A DNA stretch of 64,000 nucleotides, taken from positions 279,927 through 343,926 of the forward strand of contig JACPDA010000004.1 of assembly GCA_016184225.1 (NCBI GenBank). The letters are read 5' to 3'. This DNA is from Candidatus Daviesbacteria bacterium (lineage in GTDB: Bacteria; Patescibacteriota; Microgenomatia; Daviesbacterales; UBA10151). Positions 9,099-17,489 of this stretch are shown piece after piece (the stretch's first letter is position 1; every line of letters begins with the position of its first letter). The translations under genes and the position numbers were made by a program. The notes beneath the pieces are model-generated. The model saw only the letters and a program-made list of their open reading frames with translations. It did not search any database and was not told the DNA's origin.

Positions 9099-9421
9099 AA
9101 CAATTTTATTCACATTTAATTGAAGTAGAATCATTAATTGTTGAGCTGGATAAGTTGGATCTAACTGGGGAGCAGAAAATTCACCTAGCTGGTTTAGTAG
9201 ATTCCAGCTTACACCATACTGTTTTGGATGCGGTATTATCTGAGTTATCTCCTGAAGACAAAAAGGCTTTTCTTTATCATCTGAGGGATGCTGATCACAA
9301 TAAGATCTGGCAATTTCTTAATACTAAGGTGAATAATATAGAAGAGAAAATAAAGAAAGCGGCTGGAGACTTAAAGGAAGAGCTTAGAAAAGATTTAAGG
9401 GAGGCGGGTAAGAAAAAATAA
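9095..9421 (+). CDS. hypothetical coiled-coil protein (108 aa) between secD and secF
   Basis: Start overlaps the upstream stop (ATGA) and its stop overlaps the secF ATG (TAATG). Lys/Glu-rich C-terminus. No homology recognised. Confidence 0.5.
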   Translation: MKQFYSHLIEVESLIVELDKLDLTGEQKIHLAGLVDSSLHHTVLDAVLSELSPEDKKAFLYHLRDADHNKIWQFLNTKVNNIEEKIKKAAGDLKEELRKDLREAGKKK

Positions 9422-10305
9422 TGAACTTAATGAAATATAAAATCTGGTATTTTATTTTGTCTACGGCTATTATTATTCCTGGGTTATATTTTCTGTTGAC
9501 CTCAGGACTTAAGTTAGGAATAGATTTTACCGGTGGGGCATTGCTTGAGTATAAATTTGAAAAGAATATTAATGTAAATGATTTAAAACAATATATTTCA
9601 TCCCAAGGTATTGAAGTGGGACAAATAACTCCTTCCGAAGATGGTATCTACATCATAAGGACCAAGCCGCTGGAGCAAAGCAAAGTAAATAACCTTAAAG
9701 CTAATTTAAATGAGAAATTTGGTAAAACAGAAGAGAGAAGAATAGAGTTCGTAGGGCCGGTTATAGGATCAGAACTTAGACAAAAAGCGTTAATTGGAGT
9801 AACTTTAGCAGCGATAGTGATTGTTTTATACATTGCTTTTTCTTTCAGAAAGGTGCCGAAGCCTGCATCTTCCTGGCGGTTTGGTATAACTGCGGTTTTG
9901 GCATTGGTGCATGATATTTTAGTTGTAGTCGGGTTATTTGCAATATTGGGAAAGTTTTGGGGAATTGAGGTAGATACGCTTTTTGTGACAGCTCTTTTAA
10001 CAGTGATTGGTTTTTCGGTACATGATACGATTGTAGTTTTTGATAGGGTTAGAGAAAACCTAACCAAAAATATCGGCAGGAAATTTATTGATGTCACCAA
10101 TTTATCGGTAGTACAGACTTTGGGACGATCGTTGAATACCTCTTTAACAGTGGTGTTTGTACTGCTGGCCCTCCTTCTTTTTGGCGGGGAAACTTTAAAG
10201 TGGTTTGTAGTGGCGCTTTTGGTCGGAATTATTTCCGGAACTTATTCCTCCATCTTTAATGCTACAGCCTTACTGGTTTGGTGGGAAGAAAAATTAGGTC
10301 ATTGA
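9421..10305 (+). CDS. secF: protein-export membrane protein SecF
   Basis: SecF signature (TM1, …GIDFTGG…, 6-TM SecD/F core, …DTIVVFDRVREN…). Confidence 0.9.
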   Translation: MNLMKYKIWYFILSTAIIIPGLYFLLTSGLKLGIDFTGGALLEYKFEKNINVNDLKQYISSQGIEVGQITPSEDGIYIIRTKPLEQSKVNNLKANLNEKFGKTEERRIEFVGPVIGSELRQKALIGVTLAAIVIVLYIAFSFRKVPKPASSWRFGITAVLALVHDILVVVGLFAILGKFWGIEVDTLFVTALLTVIGFSVHDTIVVFDRVRENLTKNIGRKFIDVTNLSVVQTLGRSLNTSLTVVFVLLALLLFGGETLKWFVVALLVGIISGTYSSIFNATALLVWWEEKLGH

Positions 10306-11726
10306 GCTAGCTGCTTAACTTTTTCCAGTAAAATCTCTTTTTTATTTTTTGATGAATCTTCTAATACTTGTTCAAAAAGTTTATTTAAGATTTCGCCGAC
10401 TTTTGGTCCGGGTTTAATGTTTAGAACCTTCATGACATCATTACCATTAATTTTTAAATCAGAGATGGAAAATGGTTTTTTAAGGACTTGCTTTATTCTT
10501 TCTTCAAATTTTTCCATTCTCCAAGAAATAGCTTTTTGGGTTCCACCCCCTAACCTGTCTCCGATTCGAAGGGCCATCATATCCTCAATATTTTCTAACC
10601 CCACATTCTTAATAAATCTCCTAATAGCTGAATCGGTTTGTCGTTCATCAACCGTAAATAAGTGCCATCTGATCAGACGATATAGCTTGTCTTTTTGTTT
10701 TTTTGATAAATTAAACCTTTTGGCAATTTTCAAAATTAAATTCCCACCCACTACATCATGGTTATAGAAAGTGACATTACCATCTGGCGCTGTTTTGACA
10801 GTATCAACTTTACCAATGTCATGCAAAAGTGCAGCCAGTCTAACAAGTGGGTCATTGGAGGGGGTATGTTTTAAACTCAGGAGTGAATGCTCTCCAATAT
10901 CATAAACCCGGTCATGTTTTGGTCCTTCCTGGACTATGCCAAAACAATTTTCCAGCTCAGGTAAGATAATTCGTAGCAGCCCTATTTCTCTAAGTTTGAT
11001 AATTCCTGTGTATGCTTGCCCTGAGCCTGTCGAATGGGGATCATTCGCTGTCAAGAGTTTAAACAGCTCATCCCTGATTCTCTCATTGGCAATTTCCTTG
11101 ATCAGATGGGCGTTTTCTTTGATTGCTTGAAGCGTTTTTGGGTCTATTTCAAATTCGAGTTCTGTCGCTATCCTGACAGCACGTATTAGTCTGAGAGCAT
11201 CCTCTTTGAATCTTTGGCTTGGATCCCCAACTGCCCTGATGATTTTATTTCTGATGTCGCTTTCGCCTTGGAAAGGATCAACTATTTTGCCCTCCGGGGA
11301 CAGCGCCATGGCATTAATGGTAAAATCCCTTCTGGCTAAATCCTCCTCGATTTTGTTAGTCCAACCAACCTGGGTGGGGTGGCGGAAATCTTTGTATAGA
11401 CCTTCCCTACGCATGGTGGTGATTTCAAAGATAGAGTCGTCAGCTCTCAGTCGTCTGTCGTCAGACTTTTTCTGTTTTTTGTCTGATAGCTGATAGCTGA
11501 TAGCTGAAGACTTTATTCCCACTGTACCGAATTTATTATCATAGAAGCCTTCCGGAAAAAGTTTCAAGATTTCCTCCGGTTTGGCATCAGTGGTAAAATC
11601 CCAATCAGAGATTCTCTTTTTCATTAAAAGATCACGGACTGCCCCTCCCACAATATAGATTTGGAAATTTTTCTTTTTAAATTTATCTAAAATATTTTTT
11701 ACTTCAGAAGGTAGACGATAATTCAT
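10299..11726 (-). CDS. cca: CCA tRNA nucleotidyltransferase with HD domain
   Basis: N-terminal pol-beta NTase motif (YIVGGAVRDLLM…DWDFTT). Central poly(A)-polymerase head. HD phosphohydrolase motif (LLHDIGK). Contains an in-frame GATAGCT x3 repeat. Confidence 0.85.
   Translation of the reverse strand: MNYRLPSEVKNILDKFKKKNFQIYIVGGAVRDLLMKKRISDWDFTTDAKPEEILKLFPEGFYDNKFGTVGIKSSAISYQLSDKKQKKSDDRRLRADDSIFEITTMRREGLYKDFRHPTQVGWTNKIEEDLARRDFTINAMALSPEGKIVDPFQGESDIRNKIIRAVGDPSQRFKEDALRLIRAVRIATELEFEIDPKTLQAIKENAHLIKEIANERIRDELFKLLTANDPHSTGSGQAYTGIIKLREIGLLRIILPELENCFGIVQEGPKHDRVYDIGEHSLLSLKHTPSNDPLVRLAALLHDIGKVDTVKTAPDGNVTFYNHDVVGGNLILKIAKRFNLSKKQKDKLYRLIRWHLFTVDERQTDSAIRRFIKNVGLENIEDMMALRIGDRLGGGTQKAISWRMEKFEERIKQVLKKPFSISDLKINGNDVMKVLNIKPGPKVGEILNKLFEQVLEDSSKNKKEILLEKVKQLAQ
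11485..11505. repeat. tandem heptamer (GATAGCT)x3 inside the cca CDS
   Basis: Three perfect 7-mers, 21 nt in frame, encoding part of a Lys/Ser-rich insertion (…ISYQLSDKKQKKSDD…). Confidence 0.85.
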
Positions 11727-11779
11727 AATAATGTTATTTTACACTCCTGGGCTATATGATACAATTTGTTCTGATAAGA

Positions 11780-11819
11780 CACCTCGAAGGTGTAGCTGCA
11801 TTTTTTCACCTTCGAGGTG
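11780..11819 (+). promoter_or_regulatory. 13-bp perfect inverted repeat (CACCTCGAAGGTG … CACCTTCGAGGTG) in the recJ 5' leader, covering the SD
   Basis: Arms at 11780-11792 and 11807-11819, 14-nt loop. The right arm contains GAGGTGG 10 nt upstream of the recJ ATG. Upstream extended -10 TGaTACAAT at 11757-11765. Confidence 0.5.
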
Positions 11820-11829
11820 GAATAAGAAA

Positions 11830-13413
11830 ATGAAGTGGAAAATATTACCGAAAAAATCCGATGAATTAATTGAGCAGTTACTAATTAATCGCGGTATCAA
11901 AACAGCCAAAGATAAGAATCAATTTTTTCATCCTCAGATTTCCGACTTTGAAAAAGATTTACAAATTCCCGGGACTGCGAAGGCTACTAAAAGAATTTTG
12001 GAAGCGATCAAGAAAGATGAACTAATAGTAGTTTTTGGAGACTATGATGTTGATGGTATTTGTGCCAGTGCAATTTTATACAAGGGGTTAACTTCAATTG
12101 GTGCAAAAGTTTTGCCATATATTCCTCACCGGGAAAAAGAAGGATATGGGCTCTCCAAATTGGGACTGGAGTTTGCCCGGGATTCAGGGGCAACGCTCGT
12201 GATTACAGTTGACAACGGAATTGCGGCAATAGACCAAGTAAAATTCGCCAAAGAAATCGGTTTGGATCTGATTATTACAGATCATCATATTCCGGGGAGG
12301 GAGCGGCCGGACGCTTTTGAGATAGTCCACTCGACTAAAATGTGCGGAGCGGCAGTAGCCTGGTGTTTGATCCGCGACTTGATCAAGAAAGAGCTGGCAA
12401 CTGAACTTTTGCAATTTGTGGCAATTGCTACAGTTTGTGACCTTCTTCGTCTTGTTGGCTTGGGTCGGGCATTTGTTTTTGAAGGGCTGCAGATTTTAAG
12501 AAGGACTACGAATCTTGGTTTACTGACACTAATCAATGAGTGTGGTACAAGTTTGCAAGATATCGGGTCTTTTGAAATAGGCTATATGATCGGTCCGCGC
12601 TTAAATGCCATGGGCAGGTTAGAGCATGCCATAGATTCGCTGCGACTGCTTTGTACAAAAGATCCGGTGAAAGCCAGAAGATTAGCAAAGCTTTTATGTG
12701 AGACTAATTCTACTCGTCAGAGGATGACGGAAGAAGCGCTGGAGCAAGCGAAGTTATTGGTAGATAAACAAAATAAGATTCATGTTTTAGCCAGCAAAGA
12801 TTGGTCAGCCGGGATTATTGGTTTGGTGGCAGGCAAAGTTACAGATGAGTATTCCCGTCCGGCAATTGCCATATCCATAGGTGAGGAAATCTCCAAAGGT
12901 TCGGCCCGTTCCATAGACGGGATTAATATAGTGGAACTGATTAGAAAACATGCTGATATTTTGATTGATGTCGGTGGACATCCGGGAGCTGCCGGGTTCT
13001 CACTTTACAGTAAACATATAGAAATTTTCAAAAAAAGACTGGAAGAGTATAAATTAGTTTTGCCGGAGGAAGAGCGAGTATTGGAAGTAGAAGCTGAGGT
13101 CAACAGTAAACAGTTGACTAAAGGTTTAGTCTCTGAACTTGAAAAATTTGAACCATTTGGGATGGATAATAGAAGACCGATATTTGCCACAAGAGGTATG
13201 AGAGTCTCGGACATAAGAACAGTAGGGGATGGCAAGCACTTAAAAGGTAGGGCAGATGGGTTGGATTTTATTGCTTTTGGTATGGGAGAGTGGGCAAATA
13301 TGCTGCAATCCGGCCAAACAATAGATCTGGCATATAATCTGGAACTGGATACCTACAATGGGGCTGAAAAATTACAACTTAAAGTGAGGGATGTCACGAA
13401 TTCATTTCATTAA
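11830..13413 (+). CDS. recJ: single-stranded-DNA-specific exonuclease RecJ
   Basis: DHH motifs (…VFGDYDVDGI…, ITDHH) and DHHA1 domain (GGHPGAAGF). Start chosen at the ATG at 11830 (MKWKIL…) rather than the upstream track start. Confidence 0.85.
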   Translation: MKWKILPKKSDELIEQLLINRGIKTAKDKNQFFHPQISDFEKDLQIPGTAKATKRILEAIKKDELIVVFGDYDVDGICASAILYKGLTSIGAKVLPYIPHREKEGYGLSKLGLEFARDSGATLVITVDNGIAAIDQVKFAKEIGLDLIITDHHIPGRERPDAFEIVHSTKMCGAAVAWCLIRDLIKKELATELLQFVAIATVCDLLRLVGLGRAFVFEGLQILRRTTNLGLLTLINECGTSLQDIGSFEIGYMIGPRLNAMGRLEHAIDSLRLLCTKDPVKARRLAKLLCETNSTRQRMTEEALEQAKLLVDKQNKIHVLASKDWSAGIIGLVAGKVTDEYSRPAIAISIGEEISKGSARSIDGINIVELIRKHADILIDVGGHPGAAGFSLYSKHIEIFKKRLEEYKLVLPEEERVLEVEAEVNSKQLTKGLVSELEKFEPFGMDNRRPIFATRGMRVSDIRTVGDGKHLKGRADGLDFIAFGMGEWANMLQSGQTIDLAYNLELDTYNGAEKLQLKVRDVTNSFH

Positions 13414-13612
13414 TCCACCTTGACCGGTTTAATATTCTTGCTATTAATTCTCTATTAATTTCGCCTATTATTTGATCGACGACTGTTATCCGCATAGGAA
13501 TTGTTTTAGGAGAAAATCCTTCGGGAAAGGCTTCCGAGAAGGCAGGTGGTATTGGATATTGTGATACCTCAGCTACTTCTTCAGGATAGATTTCTTGATT
13601 CTCTTTAGACAT
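13394..13612 (-). CDS. hypothetical small protein (72 aa), doubtful
   Basis: ORF only; overlaps the recJ 3' end by 20 nt. No motifs. Confidence 0.2.
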   Translation of the reverse strand: MSKENQEIYPEEVAEVSQYPIPPAFSEAFPEGFSPKTIPMRITVVDQIIGEINRELIARILNRSRWINEMNS

Positions 13613-13644
13613 TATAGGATTATATTATAATGCCTCTATTTTTG

Positions 13645-14367
13645 TCAATCGGCGATTGAATATTTAATAATTGTAAGACCCTCTTCCTTTTCAATTGATT
13701 CAATTTTTATTTTTCCAACTTCACTGGTATTTTTTACTTGAGTTCCGCCATCTGCTACTGCCCCTACCCCGTCAAGCTTTAAAGTTCGAAGGGGCTTATT
13801 TGTTGGCAGGCCCGGGATAAGATAAATAGCTTCTTTTTTAAGGTCTTCTAAAGGTTGAAAATACCAAGTGAATTTTAAGTTTTTAGCAACTAATTCATTA
13901 GTTTTATCTGCCAATTTTTGTTTAATGTCTTCTTCCAGGGTGCCCTGGTAAACAATATGGGGATTTTTATTGTGATCTGCTTTCAAAGGTACGAGGGTTT
14001 TAGGGGAATAACCAAGTAAGAACATCGCAAAATCTATTATATGGCCGGCTGAATGCAGTTTCATGTTTTTATATCTTCTGTCCCAATTGATAATGCCCCG
14101 AACTTTTATTCCAACAGTGGGAGCAGTAGTTGCTTTGACAAAATGCCAAATTTCTCCATCTCTATTGATAACTTGATAAACTTCACCGGACCAATTGTCT
14201 CCTGTCAGGATTCCTTGGTCAGTAGCCTGGCCTCCGCCCATTGGATAAAAAACGGTTTGATCTAAAATTACTCGGTATGTACCCTCACCTTCCGGTAAGA
14301 CTTCCAAAACTTCCGCATTCATCTCTTTAAGATATGAATCATCAAGATATAAAGGCTTTGTTTTCAT
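13645..14367 (-). CDS. AlaX-like alanyl-tRNA editing protein (AlaRS second-additional-domain family)
   Basis: HxxxH…CxxxH zinc motif of the Ala/Thr-RS editing domain (…HSAGHIIDFAMF…). ~240 aa, the size of AlaX-M. Confidence 0.65.
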   Translation of the reverse strand: MKTKPLYLDDSYLKEMNAEVLEVLPEGEGTYRVILDQTVFYPMGGGQATDQGILTGDNWSGEVYQVINRDGEIWHFVKATTAPTVGIKVRGIINWDRRYKNMKLHSAGHIIDFAMFLLGYSPKTLVPLKADHNKNPHIVYQGTLEEDIKQKLADKTNELVAKNLKFTWYFQPLEDLKKEAIYLIPGLPTNKPLRTLKLDGVGAVADGGTQVKNTSEVGKIKIESIEKEEGLTIIKYSIAD

Positions 14368-14369
14368 TT

Positions 14370-15158
14370 TTACCTTTGTGCCATCAGCACTTCATCTGAT
14401 TGTGCATTCAAGACTCTATGTATTGCTCCAATTTGACCTAATACTTCGCGAAAAGTTTCTGGAGTAATCTGTTGAGGTCCATCACAAAGAGCCTGATCAG
14501 GGTTTTTGTGAACTTCTATTATGATCCCGTCTAGTCCGCTAGCTGCAATAGCTAATGAAAGATTTGGAATTAAATCCCTTCTGCCTGCTGCGTGAGAAGG
14601 ATCAGCTAAAACTGGCATATTATGGTCGTGTTTAGCAACTAGAGCACCATTTAAATCCAGGGTATATCGTGTTGAATCTGTTCCAGTCCTGACTCCTCGT
14701 TCACATAAAATTACTCTTTCCCTACCTATGTAATCAGCAGATTGCAGCCATTCTTTAACTGTAGAAGCGACTCCTCTTTTTAGCATCACTGGTCTTTGGT
14801 CTGTTTCATCACCGAGAGCTTTTAATAGTTCAAAATTTTGCATATTTCTCGATCCTACCCAGGGCACATCTACAATTTCTCTAGTGGGATTTATCTGATC
14901 TTTGTCAACGAACTCCGTAGCGATAAGCATACCGAGGTCTTCTTTTATTCTTCTTAACCAGGGTAATCCTGCAAGTCCCACTCCCTGAAAGCTATCTTTG
15001 CTTGAACGAGGCTTCCAAAGCGCACTTCTGAATACTTGTACGCCCATCTCACGGAGCGTTGTTGCTACTGAGTAAGCTTGTTCTTCGGATTCGACAGCAC
15101 AAGGTCCTGCTATAATTAAGAACTTGCCATTTTTAATTAAGTCTTGTCTTTCGATCAT
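14370..15158 (-). CDS. 3-deoxy-7-phosphoheptulonate (DAHP) synthase, type I-beta minimal form
   Basis: Whole-length match to archaeal/Thermotoga-type DAHPS motifs: IIAGPCAVES, KPRSS, GSRNMQNFELLK, VILCERGVRT, DPSHAAGRR. Higher GC than the flanks. Confidence 0.8.
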   Translation of the reverse strand: MIERQDLIKNGKFLIIAGPCAVESEEQAYSVATTLREMGVQVFRSALWKPRSSKDSFQGVGLAGLPWLRRIKEDLGMLIATEFVDKDQINPTREIVDVPWVGSRNMQNFELLKALGDETDQRPVMLKRGVASTVKEWLQSADYIGRERVILCERGVRTGTDSTRYTLDLNGALVAKHDHNMPVLADPSHAAGRRDLIPNLSLAIAASGLDGIIIEVHKNPDQALCDGPQQITPETFREVLGQIGAIHRVLNAQSDEVLMAQR

Positions 15159-15181
15159 ATTTGTATCTCCTTTTTCTCCAT

Positions 15182-15206
15182 AAAAAAACCTCCCATTCGG
15201 GAGGCT
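15182..15206 (-). terminator. intrinsic terminator (GGGAGG/CCUCCC stem + U7) 24 nt upstream of the DAHP synthase start codon
   Basis: Minus-strand RNA reads gagCCUCCCgaauGGGAGGuuuuuuu, followed by SD AAGGAG and the ATG. A terminator inside a 5' leader means attenuation control. Confidence 0.6.
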
Positions 15207-15349
15207 CGTTTGGCGAAAACCTTTAAACTAAGGTTATTCCAATAAACCTCCCTCCTTCCGGAAGGCAAAATAAAAGTAAAAATAATTTTCTTGACCCCTT
15301 ATATGCATAGACTGTTGATAGTATATACACTTACCCTTTAAAAAGTCAA
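15207..15349 (-). promoter_or_regulatory. promoter (TTGACT-16-TATATA) plus ~110-nt leader with alternative antiterminator (GGAAGGAGGGAGG) for the DAHP synthase gene
   Basis: -35/-10 at plus coordinates ~15344-15349 / 15322-15327. The leader contains a CCUUCC…GGAAGG hairpin and a GGGAGG copy that can pair with the terminator 5' arm instead. Confidence 0.45.
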
Positions 15350-15352
15350 TAG

Positions 15353-16456
15353 CTATTGCCATACTTGCCTAGCTACTTTCGAGACCAATCTTAATTTATT
15401 TTCTTGGTCATCAAAAGATAGGTTATTCCCTTTAGCTACAGAGGCGAACCCACATTGCGTACTTATTGCCAGACGCTCTATTGGTACAAATTTGGCTGCT
15501 TCTTTTATTCTCTTTATAACATCCTGTTTATTTTCCAGTATTGGCGTCTTTGTAGATATGAGACCCAAAACTACAATTTTGTTTTTTGGCACATGACGTA
15601 AAGGAGAAAAATCACCGGCTCTGTCACTATCGAACTCAAGTAATAGTCTGTCTACTTTAGCTTTTTTAAATACTACTTCAGCTATTTTTTCGTATCCCCC
15701 TCTAGCCATGAAACGATTTTTATCATTGCCCCGGCATATATGAAGCCCTTTTGTCCCAGAGAAATCCTCTAATACTTTGTTTATCATTTCGATACCATCA
15801 CTAACTAGAGTAGTTGGATTAAATCCTTTACTTTTAAACCATTCTCGTTGAATTGGATCCAGCAGCATACCGAATTCCGGTGCGTCTATCTGTATATACG
15901 TTGCTCCAATGTGCTCTAGCTCAGATACTCCCTCCTTTAATATCCGAGTAACTTCATTCAAATACTCCATGGGAGATGGATAAATTTTGTCAGAAATCCC
16001 TGGTACGAAATAATAAGACATCATTGTTGGGCTGGGAATAGTTATTTTTTTGGGTTTGTCGGTGATGCCTCGCAAGAATGAAAATTCATCAATAGAGATA
16101 TCATGTTTTTTTGTAATCTTTTTTACTACACCAACCGTTACCGGATCTACTATTTTATTTCCTTGCATGTCAAACCAAATAACAAAGTTGCCAGGGATAT
16201 TCCACTCAAACCCGTCAACAGCCTTCACAAAGTTATGACAAAATACTGGTCGGCGCATTTCTCCATCTGTCAGAACATCAACCCCTGTTTTTTCCTGGAT
16301 AGCAACAGCTTCCTTTACTGCTTTATCTTCTGCCATGACAAGTTCTGCAGGAGTGATTTTGCCTTCTTTTATTAGATTCTGAGCATCTAATAGAAACTTA
16401 GGTCTGAGCAAGCTACCAATAACATCTGCCCTAATTATTGATTTTTTTCGTTTCAT
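15353..16456 (-). CDS. cobalamin-independent methionine synthase (MetE) C-terminal-domain-like protein (UroD/MetE superfamily, short form)
   Basis: 367 aa. Resembles YxjG/MetE-C homologues (…GLHICRGN…, …ISTQCGF…). Start overlaps the upstream methyltransferase stop. Confidence 0.6.
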   Translation of the reverse strand: MKRKKSIIRADVIGSLLRPKFLLDAQNLIKEGKITPAELVMAEDKAVKEAVAIQEKTGVDVLTDGEMRRPVFCHNFVKAVDGFEWNIPGNFVIWFDMQGNKIVDPVTVGVVKKITKKHDISIDEFSFLRGITDKPKKITIPSPTMMSYYFVPGISDKIYPSPMEYLNEVTRILKEGVSELEHIGATYIQIDAPEFGMLLDPIQREWFKSKGFNPTTLVSDGIEMINKVLEDFSGTKGLHICRGNDKNRFMARGGYEKIAEVVFKKAKVDRLLLEFDSDRAGDFSPLRHVPKNKIVVLGLISTKTPILENKQDVIKRIKEAAKFVPIERLAISTQCGFASVAKGNNLSFDDQENKLRLVSKVARQVWQ

Positions 16457-17478
16457 GCCAGCTTTTTTTGGGCAATAACCCGGAGTGAAATTGGACTGTA
16501 ATCCATCAAATGACCTTTAACTGGGTCTTCTGCCACCCGCTGTTGCATCTGCGGAGTTAATATTGGAGGTTTTGCATCAGTTACTGACCAAGTTTCTATG
16601 TTAGGAAGTGAACCAAGTACACTGCGGAATTCGTCTCCTGAAAAGGCAGCTATGAATGAGGGAATTAAAAGCGGTACTATTTCCGGTCTAGTATATCGCA
16701 AACGTTCTTCCAGGCTTTCCAAAAACCCTGGTGTTGTTGCCCTTTGATAATCGGCAATAATTACATGTCCTCTTGGAACAGTGAGGCGCAAAAATTCCTG
16801 CATGACTATACGTAGTCTACCAATACTTGCGAGCTGATGAATAGAATTATGGCACACAACGAGATCGAATGTACCATCAGGGAGCGGTATGTTATCTGCA
16901 GATGATGTTACAACATCGACGCCTTGTCCAAACTCGGCATATATCGCAGCTTGATCTCTTGCGTGCGTGGTCATTATTTCACTCCCATCATGAAATGTAA
17001 CACTTGGCACACCCAGGTCTAAAAATTCTCTGCCTAATCTTCCTGGTCCGCACATCGCATCTAAGACTCGCATATTGCGTATTCCCCCATCTGGGTTAAA
17101 TCGCCCCTGAACCTCTAAGGCCAGTAGTAAGTCGTCTACAGTTTTTGGATAGTCACAACCGTCTATATATATCCTGGCTTCCGTCGGGGTAAATGTTTCG
17201 GTTCTTTCGGGAACACGCATGGTAAAGTCAAAGCTTCTAAGACCGGATAGATCGGGGTCGGTTCGATTAGCTATTCTGTGATTCAACTCCGCGCCAAGAT
17301 GGGATCGTATATCCTCCCGCGTTGCCCGCCCTCTGTCTTGCGAGTGGGCATCATTAATGGCCGAATTTGTAATTTCTCTTAGGACTGATGGATCGAATCC
17401 TGCTTTGGCCGCCTTTCCTAAAAGTTTCCGTGCTCTTCTAGAAAGTTGACTAGGTTCGCTTTCTGTTTGTTTAACCAT
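16453..17478 (-). CDS. class I SAM-dependent methyltransferase with ~130-aa N-terminal extension; compositionally foreign
   Basis: Motif I VLDAMCGPGRLGREF, motif II/post-I (DLVVCHNSIHQL). Arg/Ala/Asp-rich composition and higher GC contrast with the Lys/Ile/Asn-rich neighbours. Confidence 0.65.
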   Translation of the reverse strand: MVKQTESEPSQLSRRARKLLGKAAKAGFDPSVLREITNSAINDAHSQDRGRATREDIRSHLGAELNHRIANRTDPDLSGLRSFDFTMRVPERTETFTPTEARIYIDGCDYPKTVDDLLLALEVQGRFNPDGGIRNMRVLDAMCGPGRLGREFLDLGVPSVTFHDGSEIMTTHARDQAAIYAEFGQGVDVVTSSADNIPLPDGTFDLVVCHNSIHQLASIGRLRIVMQEFLRLTVPRGHVIIADYQRATTPGFLESLEERLRYTRPEIVPLLIPSFIAAFSGDEFRSVLGSLPNIETWSVTDAKPPILTPQMQQRVAEDPVKGHLMDYSPISLRVIAQKKLA

Positions 17479-17489
17479 ATTAGAATAAT

